Below, piece after piece: positions 8,657 to 16,476 of a stretch of 32,000 bases of DNA (positions are counted from its first letter, which is position 1; each line of letters begins with the position of its first letter). The stretch comes from Deinococcus radiodurans R1 = ATCC 13939 = DSM 20539 (GTDB lineage: Bacteria; Deinococcota; Deinococci; Deinococcales; Deinococcaceae): positions 348,347-380,346 of the forward strand of contig NC_001264.1 in the NCBI RefSeq assembly GCF_000008565.1. Direction: 5' to 3'. The notes beneath the pieces are model-generated. The model was given only the letters and a program-made list of their open reading frames with translations. It searched no databases and was not told the DNA's origin. The position numbers and the translations under genes were made by a program.

Positions 8657-10139
8657 AAAGGCGCCTGCTGCTCGCCCTGGCCCTGTGCCTGACCCCGGGG
8701 AGCGCCCATGCGCAGGGCTTTCGCGTCCTTGGCCTCAACGTCCTGCCCGGGTCGCTGCCGCCCGCCGACCTGAACGTGCTCGACGGGCTGGGCACGGCGT
8801 CCTGCCCACCGCCGGCTGGCCGCCTCGACCGGCTGCTCTCCCAGGAATTGCAGGGGCAAGGGGCCAACCTGAGCTGCGGCAACCGCTTTGAGGCGCTCAT
8901 CGAATTTCCCGGCCCTGCCGCCGCGCACCCCTGGGGCAGCTACGCCGAGCTCGCCCGCCGCATTCAGGAGGCGAAAAGCAGTGTCCTGCTGGCGAACATG
9001 GTGTGGGACGAGGGCCAGGGCGCACCGGGCCAGCTTATCGCTGCCGCGCTGGCCGACTTGCGCCGCAATGTCCTGGCCCACCCCGAACAGTACCCGCAGG
9101 GCATGAGCGTGCGCGTGCTGCTCGGCAACTCGGTGCGGCCTGACCGCCCGGCAGATCCCCGCGCCAATCTGGATTACGCGGTCAAAGACCTCCTCGGCGC
9201 GGGACTCGACCTCAGCGGTCAGGCAGAGGGCGGCTGGCGGCTGGACGTGGCGAACTTCAGCTACGCCGCGCCGCACAGCCACCTCAAACTGCTGGTGCTC
9301 GACGGTGAGGAGGTCGTGGCGGGGGGCTACAACATCAGCACCCTGCACCTGTCACCAGAAGCAGGGGGCAAGGGCCTGCGCGACCTCGGGCTGGTGGTGC
9401 GCGGCCCCATCGCCCGCAACGCGGTGGCTGCGTTCTACGACACCTGGCAACTGAGCGAGCGCCTGACCTGCCCAGCGGGCACGCGCCCCGGCACCGCCCT
9501 GAGCGTGCGCCGGGCCTGTCCGCTGGGCGGCGAGAGTGCGCCCTTCACGTTGCTGTGGCCGCCCGCCGCGCCCGCCGGCACCGCCAACGTCTATTCGCTC
9601 TACCGCCGCAGCGGCGTGACGGCTGCCGACCACGCCCTCACCGCGCTGCTGGGGGCGGCGAAGACCTCCATCGACCTGCTGCAAACCCAGGTCAGCGGCG
9701 ACCTCAGTTGCGACCTCACGCTGGGCACGCCGCAGGGCTGCGACCTCGCCACGCACGGCTTCCGGCGTGGCAGGCCGTGGCCGACGCGCTGCGCCGGGGA
9801 GTCCACGTGCGGCTGGTGCTCGATCAGGCCTATCCGATGAAGTTCGAGGCCGCCGCCCTGGTCCGCAGCCTGCAAGACGCGCTGGCGGGAACCGGGGCCG
9901 CAGACCGGCTGGAAGTGCGCTGGGCCGGGCACCCGATGCACACCAAAGCCATCGTGGTGGACGGAGAAATGGCGGTCTTCGGCAGCACCAACCTGCATTT
10001 TTCCTCGTTCGGGCCGGCGGGACTGAGCGAATACACGCTGGCGACGAGTGACGCCGGGGCCATTGCCCGGATGCAAGACATCTTCGAGGGGGAGTGGAAG
10101 ATGGCCCGGCCTTTCACTTTTCCCTGGTGGGCACGGTGA
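8653..10139 (+). pseudogene. Secreted phospholipase D / cardiolipin synthase-superfamily protein with two HKD motifs; the frame is broken by an apparent 1-nt deletion near 9750-9765
   Basis: Signal peptide MKRRLLLALALCLTPGSAHA. HKD-1 is HSHLKLLVLDGEEVVAGGYNIS, in the 8653 frame. HKD-2 is HPMHTKAIVVDGEMAVFGSTNL, preceded by WQAVADALRRGVHVRLVLD, in the 9555 frame. The two halves join naturally around ...DLATHG / PAWQAV.... The ATGA overlap with the GT gene indicates coupling. Confidence 0.75.
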
Positions 10140-10183
10140 GGGCGGCGCCCGGCTGAACGGCTGAACTCTCGCCTACCGCGCTC

Positions 10184-10376
10184 CTAGAGCAGTTCTCCGA
10201 ATGACGCGTGCGTCGGCAGCGGCGCCGCTGGCCGCTCCATTCTCTCCTGAGGAGCTGTACCAGTCTGCTTCGCAGCTTTGCAAGTCCGTCCTGCTCAACG
10301 TTTTGCACTCGCTCTCTGCGAGCTGTACCAGTCCGCTCGCCAAAAAGCTGTGCCATCTTTTTGTCAAATGCTCTAG
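10184..10376 (+). repeat. Small non-coding repeat (SNR/MITE-like), copy 2, the longest copy
   Basis: It runs from CTAGAGCAGTTCTCCGAATGACGCGTGCGTCGG to GCTGTGCCATCTTTTTGTCAAATGCTCTAG. It aligns along its length with copy 3 but carries an extra internal segment of about 22-30 nt. Confidence 0.85.
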
Positions 10377-10462
10377 TAAATCCGCGTGAGGCCCCGGCTC
10401 ATGGCCGCTTTGTCCCGGCACCTATACTTGCCCACAGAAATTGCACGCAAGGAGCGCTGAAT

Positions 10463-11845
10463 ATGCTAGAGGCCAAGCTGAAACCCCACCGTGAATACCT
10501 GCTGGCGCAGTCCGCCGGCCAGAAACTCTTTCTGACCCTGACCGTGAAGCCCACCGCCGAGGCGCGGCAGGCGCGGCCCGACCTGAGCGTGGTGTTCGTG
10601 GTGGACACCTCCGGCTCCATGCGCGAGGTCGTGACCGAACCCACCGAGCGCACCGGGCGCACGACGCAGGTGGACGGTCAGGTCTACGAAGTCGTCAAGG
10701 GCGGCAAAAACAAGATGCAGCTGATGATCGAGGCGCTGCGCGGCATCGTGACCTCCACCCTGATTCGGCCGGGCGACCGCCTCGCGCTGGTCAAGTTCGA
10801 CGACACCGCCGAGGTCCTTGTCCCATTCATCACCGCCAGCAATCAGGCGCAGCTCGCCGCCGCCGTGGACAAGCTCGACTGGTACTCGGGCGGCACCCAC
10901 ATGGGCGCGGGAATGCGCGCCGGGGCCGGCCTGCTCACGGGCGAGCGCGGCAGCCGCCGCATGGTGCTGATCAGCGACGGGCAGACCTTCGACGCGCCGC
11001 TGGTGGAAGACCAGATCGGCGCCCTGGCAGGGCTGCAAGTGCCCGTGACGGTGGTGGCCGTGGGCGACGAGGTGAACGCCGACCTGCTCACCGCCATCGC
11101 CGACCGCACGCAGGGGCAGCCGCTCGACATCGTGCCCGACACGCAAAATCCGCAGCCGCCCGCCATCCGCGCTTCCGAGTTGCCTGCCGCGCTGCTCGGC
11201 GACCTGCAAAAAGCCGCCGCCGAAGTGGTCACGGGCGTGGCCCTCTCGGTCCGCACCGTCAAAGACGTGGTCCTCGAGCGCGTCACCCGCGTGCAGCCCA
11301 CCCAGACCGAGGTGGCGCTGCGGGCCGACGGGCCTCTCCCGCTCGGCAACGTGGACGCGGGCAGCGGGGCGACCTTCGTGCTGGAGTTCACCCTGCCTGC
11401 CCGCCCGGCGACCAAGATGCGGCTCGCGCAGCTCGGCCTGACCTACGAGGTGCCCGGCGCGAACTACCGGGGCGAGATTCCCCCGCTCGACGTGGTGGTG
11501 GAATTTACCGGCGAGGAAGCCCTGGCCGCCCGGATAGACCCCGAGGTCATGGGCTGGGTGCAGCAGCGCAACATCGAGGGGCTGGTCGCGCAGGCCACCC
11601 GCGAGGCGAACCAGAACCCCGAACAGGCGGCCAAGACGCTTGAGCAGGCCCGCGCCATGACCCAGCGCCTCGGCAACGGCGCCATGACGCAGGCACTCGA
11701 CCGCGCCATCGGCGAACTCGGCAGCTCCAAGACCATCAGCCTCGGCACCGCCAAGACGCTCAAAATCGGCGCCAAGACCCAGACCCTCAGCAGCGACGCC
11801 GCCCTGCCGTCCGATGAGGACATCCGCCGCATGACCGGAGCCTGA
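10463..11845 (+). CDS. Cytoplasmic von Willebrand factor A (vWA) domain protein with intact MIDAS, plus a C-terminal beta-rich and helical extension
   Basis: MIDAS elements are VVDTSGSM, GGTHMG and LISDGQ. No signal peptide or TM segment is visible. The ATG at 10463 is preceded by AAGGAG. The longer track ORF start at 10208 lies inside the repeat. Confidence 0.85.
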   Translation: MLEAKLKPHREYLLAQSAGQKLFLTLTVKPTAEARQARPDLSVVFVVDTSGSMREVVTEPTERTGRTTQVDGQVYEVVKGGKNKMQLMIEALRGIVTSTLIRPGDRLALVKFDDTAEVLVPFITASNQAQLAAAVDKLDWYSGGTHMGAGMRAGAGLLTGERGSRRMVLISDGQTFDAPLVEDQIGALAGLQVPVTVVAVGDEVNADLLTAIADRTQGQPLDIVPDTQNPQPPAIRASELPAALLGDLQKAAAEVVTGVALSVRTVKDVVLERVTRVQPTQTEVALRADGPLPLGNVDAGSGATFVLEFTLPARPATKMRLAQLGLTYEVPGANYRGEIPPLDVVVEFTGEEALAARIDPEVMGWVQQRNIEGLVAQATREANQNPEQAAKTLEQARAMTQRLGNGAMTQALDRAIGELGSSKTISLGTAKTLKIGAKTQTLSSDAALPSDEDIRRMTGA

Positions 11846-11850
11846 AGCGG

Positions 11851-13425
11851 GTGACGGCCCCCCAGACCTGTCCTTTTTGCGGTTCGCCCGCCGCGCCGAC
11901 CGATACGGTGTGCCATGTCTGCGGCGCGGCGCTGGGCCGGGGCGGGGCCACCGCGCTGCTCACGCTGCCGCCCGGCACCACGTTGCAGGGCGGGCAGTAC
12001 GTGCTCGACCGGGTGCTCGGGCAGGGCGGCTTCGGCATCACCTACGACGCCCGCGACACCCGGCTGGGGATGCGGGTCGCCGTCAAGGAACTGTTCGTGG
12101 ACGGGTCCACCCGGCGCGGCCTGAACGTGATTCCGCCGCTCAGCCAGGGCGCGGAGGTGTTCGCGGCCACCCGGCGCGGCTTTCTGGAAGAGGCGCAGGT
12201 GCTCGCCCGCTTTGGCGACCCCAGCATCGTGCGGGTGCTCAATTACTTTGAGGAGAACGGCACCGCGTACCTCGTCATGGAGTTTCTGGAAGGCGAAACG
12301 CTCGGCGAGGCCATTCAGAAGCGGGGGCCGCTCCCGCCGCTCATCGCCGCGCAGGTGGCCGACTCGGTGGCGCACGCGCTCGAGGTCGTGCACGCCGCCG
12401 GGCTGCTCCACCGCGACATCAAGCCCGACAATATTTTTCTGCACCACTCGGGCCGCATCATTTTGATTGACTTCGGCTCGGTGCGCGCCTTCGACAGCGG
12501 CAAGACGGTGGCGCATACCCGGCTGGTCACGCCCGGCTACGCGCCGCTGGAGCAGTACAGCAGCGCCGCCAAGTTCGGGCCGTACACCGACCTCTACGCG
12601 CTCGGGGCGACCCTGTTTCACGCCCTGACCGGCCAGATGCCGCCCGCCGCTACCGACCTCTCGCTCGGCACGCCGCTGCCGCCGCTGCCCCCCGGAACCC
12701 CGCCCAACCTGCGTGAAGCGGTGCTGAGCTGCATGGCGCCGCGCATCGAAAACCGGCCTCAGAGTGCTCAGGCCCTGCGGCGGATTCTGCGCGGAGAGGG
12801 AACGGTGACGGTCACGGCGGCGCCCGCCGCTGCGCCGGCTCCACAGCCCCAATCTCAGCCGGTGCGTCCAAGTCCAGCGCCTACTCCGACTCCGATGCCC
12901 AACCCGCAAACGGACCGGGAGGTGGAAAAACGGCTCCGGGAGCTGGAAAAAGAAGTCCGCAAGGAGGCGCGGAGGCAGTCCCGGCGCCCTGCACCGGCAC
13001 CCGCTCCCATTCCCATCCCTGCGCCAGCGCCCCAGCGCCCTGCGCCCCCTCCCACCCCCTTTCCTGGCCCCAGGCGCCCCGCCGCGCCCCGTGACGGAAC
13101 GCTGGGGCGGCGGCTGGTCGTGGTCGCCATCACTGTGCTCAGCGCCTTGAGTGGCGGCATACTCATGGCGCAGACGCCGGCCTGGCAAATCATTTCTCCA
13201 CCTGAACTCAGTGTGATGGCGGGCGCCGGGATCGGAGCCCTCGCCGGGCTGGCGCTCGGGCAGTTGCTGTGGTGGGCGTTGCCGGTGGCGCTGCCCATCT
13301 TCGCGGCGGCGATTACCTCCAGCGTATGTCAAAACCTTGGCTATAGGCCGCCCACTGTGATTGCCGCGAGCGTCGCCGCTATCGTGGTCTCGCTCATTCT
13401 GATGCGGCTGATTCGGCGCATCTAG
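11851..13425 (+). CDS. Hanks-type Ser/Thr protein kinase with an N-terminal zinc ribbon, a Pro-rich/charged linker and a C-terminal multi-TM region
   Basis: Zinc ribbon CPFCGSPAAPTDTVCHVCG. Kinase motifs GQGGFG, VAVKEL, HRDIKPDN, DFGS and TPGYAPLEQ. The hydrophobic C-terminus has about 4 helices. GTG start. The stop TAG (13423-13425) lies within the first bases of repeat copy 3. Confidence 0.9.
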   Translation: MTAPQTCPFCGSPAAPTDTVCHVCGAALGRGGATALLTLPPGTTLQGGQYVLDRVLGQGGFGITYDARDTRLGMRVAVKELFVDGSTRRGLNVIPPLSQGAEVFAATRRGFLEEAQVLARFGDPSIVRVLNYFEENGTAYLVMEFLEGETLGEAIQKRGPLPPLIAAQVADSVAHALEVVHAAGLLHRDIKPDNIFLHHSGRIILIDFGSVRAFDSGKTVAHTRLVTPGYAPLEQYSSAAKFGPYTDLYALGATLFHALTGQMPPAATDLSLGTPLPPLPPGTPPNLREAVLSCMAPRIENRPQSAQALRRILRGEGTVTVTAAPAAAPAPQPQSQPVRPSPAPTPTPMPNPQTDREVEKRLRELEKEVRKEARRQSRRPAPAPAPIPIPAPAPQRPAPPPTPFPGPRRPAAPRDGTLGRRLVVVAITVLSALSGGILMAQTPAWQIISPPELSVMAGAGIGALAGLALGQLLWWALPVALPIFAAAITSSVCQNLGYRPPTVIAASVAAIVVSLILMRLIRRI

Positions 13426-13592
13426 AGCAGTTCTCCGAATTACGCGTGCGTCGGAACAGCACCGCCACTCGCTCCATTCTCCGCTTCGCGGCTTTGCAAG
13501 TCCGTCCTGCTCAGTCTTTTGTACTCGCTCTCTGCGAGCTGTACCAGTCCGCTCGCCAACAAGCTGTGCCATCTTTTTGTCAAATCCTCTAA
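13422..13592 (+). repeat. Small non-coding repeat (SNR/MITE-like), copy 3
   Basis: It runs from CTAGAGCAGTTCTCCGAATTACGCGTGCGTCGG to GCTGTGCCATCTTTTTGTCAAATCCTCTAA. It has the same family and orientation as copy 2. Confidence 0.85.
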
Positions 13593-13639
13593 ACGCACAC
13601 CCTGACTTTCCCCCTTCACTCAGCCCCAGGAGGCCTCCC

Positions 13640-14584
13640 ATGAGCATCACCTGCGAAGTTTGCGGCACCGTCAACCCCACCGGCACCCAGTTCTGCGAAG
13701 GCTGCGGTGTGGAGCTCAAAGCCAGCACCGCGACCAGCGACACGACCGCTCAGGCGGCGGCCCCGGAGGCGTCGGCCATGACGACGAACGACGCTACCGT
13801 CAGCCAGCCCGACCTCGGGGCGCCCAACATTCCCCCTGCCCCCAGCATTCCCGACGCCCCGGTGATGCCCGCACCGGCGCTGGACTCGCAGGCGAGCGTG
13901 CCGAGCGGCCTGGAAGCGCCCGCGACCGACAGCGCGACTGGGGACAACACGACGAACGAAACGGTACCGGCAGCGCCCACCGCGACCCCGGTGATGGACG
14001 AGTCGGTGCCCGCCGACACTGGCGCCAACGAGGTGGAAGCCGCCCCCACTGGTACTGAATCCGAGCCGGCCCCTACCGTCAACCCTGACCTGACGAGCAC
14101 CGCCGACGCCCCGCTGACCGACGCCGCCGTGAGCGCCAATGCCCCTGAGATGTCCAACCCCGAAGCGGCGGCGATGGAGACGGCAACGACCGAAACTCCT
14201 GCTGTGGCTGCCGCTCCCACCGCTTCGGGCACCCCCCGCACCGGCGAGGCCAAACTGGGCATCAAGAAGTTCGGCAGCGCGACCGGCGACTTTATTCCGC
14301 TGCAAGGTGAGCGGCTGATGGTCGGGCGCTTCGATGCGTCGAGCGGCCCGGTGGACATCGACCTCTCCTCGCTGCCGGGCGCCGAGCACATCTCGCGTCA
14401 CCACGCCGAGCTCTACCGCGAGGGCAGCCAGTGGTTCGTGCGCGACCTCGGCTCCACCAACGGCGTGTTCGTGCGCAAGGGCGGCCAGAGTGCCTTCTCA
14501 CCGCGCTTGCAGGAGCCCACGGCGCTGTCGGACGGCGACGAACTCGCCTTCGGCAACCTGATGCTCACCTTCCACCAGGACTGA
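13640..14584 (+). CDS. FHA-domain protein with an N-terminal zinc ribbon and a long acidic Thr/Pro/Ala-rich linker
   Basis: Zinc ribbon CEVCGTVNPTGTQFCEGCG. The C-terminal FHA signature is LMVGR...DIDLS....HISRHHAEL......WFVRDLGSTNGVFV. The ATG at 13640 is preceded by CCAGGAGG. Confidence 0.88.
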   Translation: MSITCEVCGTVNPTGTQFCEGCGVELKASTATSDTTAQAAAPEASAMTTNDATVSQPDLGAPNIPPAPSIPDAPVMPAPALDSQASVPSGLEAPATDSATGDNTTNETVPAAPTATPVMDESVPADTGANEVEAAPTGTESEPAPTVNPDLTSTADAPLTDAAVSANAPEMSNPEAAAMETATTETPAVAAAPTASGTPRTGEAKLGIKKFGSATGDFIPLQGERLMVGRFDASSGPVDIDLSSLPGAEHISRHHAELYREGSQWFVRDLGSTNGVFVRKGGQSAFSPRLQEPTALSDGDELAFGNLMLTFHQD

Positions 14585-14585
14585 C

Positions 14586-16436
14586 GTGAACGAGAACCAC
14601 CCGCGCATTGACATCCAGTTCGGCGACGACGCGAGTGGGGCGGCCCCTGAGCCTGCTCCCCCGGCCCCGGAAGGCGCCCCGCCCAGCGAATTGCCGCAGA
14701 CCCTGGTGGTGAGCGCCGACCCGGACGCCACGCCCGAGGCTTCCGCGACCGAGGCGGACGAAGCCTTTACCCCCGAGGAAAAGGCCATCAACCGCTTCGA
14801 GAGCGAGAGCCCGGCGCCTGACCCCGAGGAGTTGGAAGAGCTGGCGCAGGAAACGGACGCCGCTGAAGTTCCCGCCGAGGAACCGGCAGAAGCGGCCCAG
14901 CCGACTGAGCCTGCCGCCGCCGCGCCCGCCGAGGAACCCGCGCCCGTCACCGCTCCGCAGGCCGGCGTCACCAACGACCTCGAAGAGCAGGTCTACGAAC
15001 CCAGCGTGCCGGCGCAGGGGCCGCAGCCCGGCGACGTGCTGGGCGAGTGGACGCTGCAAGACGACCTCGGGCGCGGCTGGTTCACCGCCCGGTCGAGCGG
15101 CGAGCAGACGGAGGGGGAAACGCAGCCCCAACTCGTCTACGTCCGCCCCGACCCGCAGTGGGCCACGCTGCGCCCGCACCGCCTGCTGCCGCGCACCCGG
15201 CAGGCCGGTGAGGTGCAGGTGGTCGAGCCGGTGAGCGGCGAGGAGCTGCCCGCGACCCTGCCCACTCCGCAGGCGCTGGCTTCCCTCGGCGACCTCGCCC
15301 GGCTGCTGTTCGCGCTGGAAAAGCAGGGCTACGCGCTGACCGACCTCGACCCGCAGCAGCTCGTGCGGGGGGAGGGCGGCCTGAAACTGCGCCAGCCTCC
15401 CCGCGTGGTGCGGCTGGGCGAACCCGATCCTGGTGCCCTGCGCGACGGCTTGACGGCGCCCGAAGTGCTCGCGGGGCAAGCGGCAGACGGAGCGGCGGGC
15501 GTGTACCTGCTCGGCGCGCTGCTCTACCGCTGGCTGACCGGGGAGACGCCCCCACCCGGTGGTCCCTCTCTCATCGAACTCGGTAGCCTCAAGGTGCCGG
15601 GCGTGCCGCAACTGCTCGCGGGGATGCTCTCCCCCGCGCCGGTCAGGACGCGCCCGCAGGAGCTGCTCACGGCTCTGACCCGGCTCAACGCCGCGCCGCT
15701 GCCCATCTACCGGGTGGCCGCCCGCACCACGGTGGGCCTCAACCCCGACCGCCCGGCCAACGAAGACTCCTACGGCTACTGGCAATATCAAATGGAAGCC
15801 GACGCCGAGGAAACCCTCGTCCTGCGGGCCTGCGTCTGCGACGGCATGGGCGGCATGGCGGCGGGCGAGGTGGCGAGTCAGGCGGCGGTGCAGGCCTTCC
15901 TGAACTCCGACAAGACGGACCTTCCCGGACAGGTCTGGGACGCCAACGCGGCGGTGCTCACGGCCATGAACGGGCGCGACGGCGGCTGCACCATCAGCGG
16001 CGTGGAGCTGCGCGGCACCAAGCTGCAACTCGGGCATGTGGGCGACACCCGCGCTTACCTCCGCATGGACGGCGAGGTGCGGCAGCTCACGCAGGACCAC
16101 TCCTTCGTCGCGGCGATGGTCGCGAGCGGCCAGATGACGCCCGAGGAAGCGCAGGTCAGCCCCGAACGCAACAAGGTGCTGCGCTCGCTCGGGAGCCTGC
16201 GCCAGCCACAGCCCGACTATGTGCAGACGCTCGCCGAGCCGCTGGAACTGCCGGTGGGCAGCCGCGTGTTGATCGTCACCGATGGCGTGTGGGGCGAGGT
16301 GGAACCGGCTACCTTGAACGAACTGCTGCTCGGAGAAAGCGACCCGCAGGCGCTGGCCGACCGGCTGGTGCAGCTTTCGCTGGACGCCGGGGCGCCCGAC
16401 AACGCCACCGCGCTGGTGATCGAGAGAACGGCGTGA
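14586..16436 (+). CDS. PP2C-family Ser/Thr phosphatase fused to an N-terminal acidic region and a degenerate kinase-like (pseudokinase) domain
   Basis: PP2C motifs are NEDSYG, VCDGMGGM, GDTRAYL, TQDHS, VTDGVW and DNATALVI. The middle region aligns by eye to kinase subdomains (YALTDLDPQQLV in place of HRDIKPDN; TAPEVL; GALLYRWLTGETPP) but lacks the catalytic HRD and DFG residues. The GTG start lies 1 nt after the FHA stop. Confidence 0.85.
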   Translation: MNENHPRIDIQFGDDASGAAPEPAPPAPEGAPPSELPQTLVVSADPDATPEASATEADEAFTPEEKAINRFESESPAPDPEELEELAQETDAAEVPAEEPAEAAQPTEPAAAAPAEEPAPVTAPQAGVTNDLEEQVYEPSVPAQGPQPGDVLGEWTLQDDLGRGWFTARSSGEQTEGETQPQLVYVRPDPQWATLRPHRLLPRTRQAGEVQVVEPVSGEELPATLPTPQALASLGDLARLLFALEKQGYALTDLDPQQLVRGEGGLKLRQPPRVVRLGEPDPGALRDGLTAPEVLAGQAADGAAGVYLLGALLYRWLTGETPPPGGPSLIELGSLKVPGVPQLLAGMLSPAPVRTRPQELLTALTRLNAAPLPIYRVAARTTVGLNPDRPANEDSYGYWQYQMEADAEETLVLRACVCDGMGGMAAGEVASQAAVQAFLNSDKTDLPGQVWDANAAVLTAMNGRDGGCTISGVELRGTKLQLGHVGDTRAYLRMDGEVRQLTQDHSFVAAMVASGQMTPEEAQVSPERNKVLRSLGSLRQPQPDYVQTLAEPLELPVGSRVLIVTDGVWGEVEPATLNELLLGESDPQALADRLVQLSLDAGAPDNATALVIERTA

Positions 16437-16476
16437 GGGACTTCGCCGCGCGTGTCGAGTCAGGGAGAGGCCACCC

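Noticed and set aside
10208-10462. N-terminal extension of the vWA ORF. Analogous extensions occur at 13577-13639 (FHA), 21780-22046 (kynU), 23141-23275 (kynA), 25145-25201 (S8 protease), 20375-20422 (LysR) and 31447-31476 (LexA).
   Set aside because: - The extensions run through the SNR repeat or structured non-coding DNA, or through the upstream gene.
- They are compositionally aberrant.
- Good internal starts with RBS, or GTGA/ATGA coupling, coincide with the start of family-conserved sequence.
12830-13090. A Pro/Ala-rich repetitive stretch (PAPAPAPIPIPAPAPQRPAPPP and similar) that looks like a tandem or CRISPR-like repeat at the nucleotide level. A similar stretch lies at 17400-17560.
   Set aside because: - It is in frame within the kinase genes and is a low-complexity linker between the kinase domain and the TM segments.
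- It has no regular repeat-spacer periodicity, so it is not a CRISPR array.
11464-13743. 759-aa minus-strand ORF antisense to the first kinase. Similar long antisense or alternative-frame ORFs occur at 14565..16643, 16309..18333, 20465..22153, 7882..9348, 6196..7512, 5457..6371, 4667..5635, 408..1271, 1108..1995, 23201..24133, 24073..24954, 26195..27364, 29083..30708(+), 19451..20407(+) and 30829..31554(+).
   Set aside because: - Each lies opposite, or in another frame of, a gene with clear family motifs.
- Their translations are Arg/Gly/Pro/Ala-rich, lack recognisable motifs and lack sensible RBS/start contexts.
- Long stop-free antisense frames are expected at about 70% GC.
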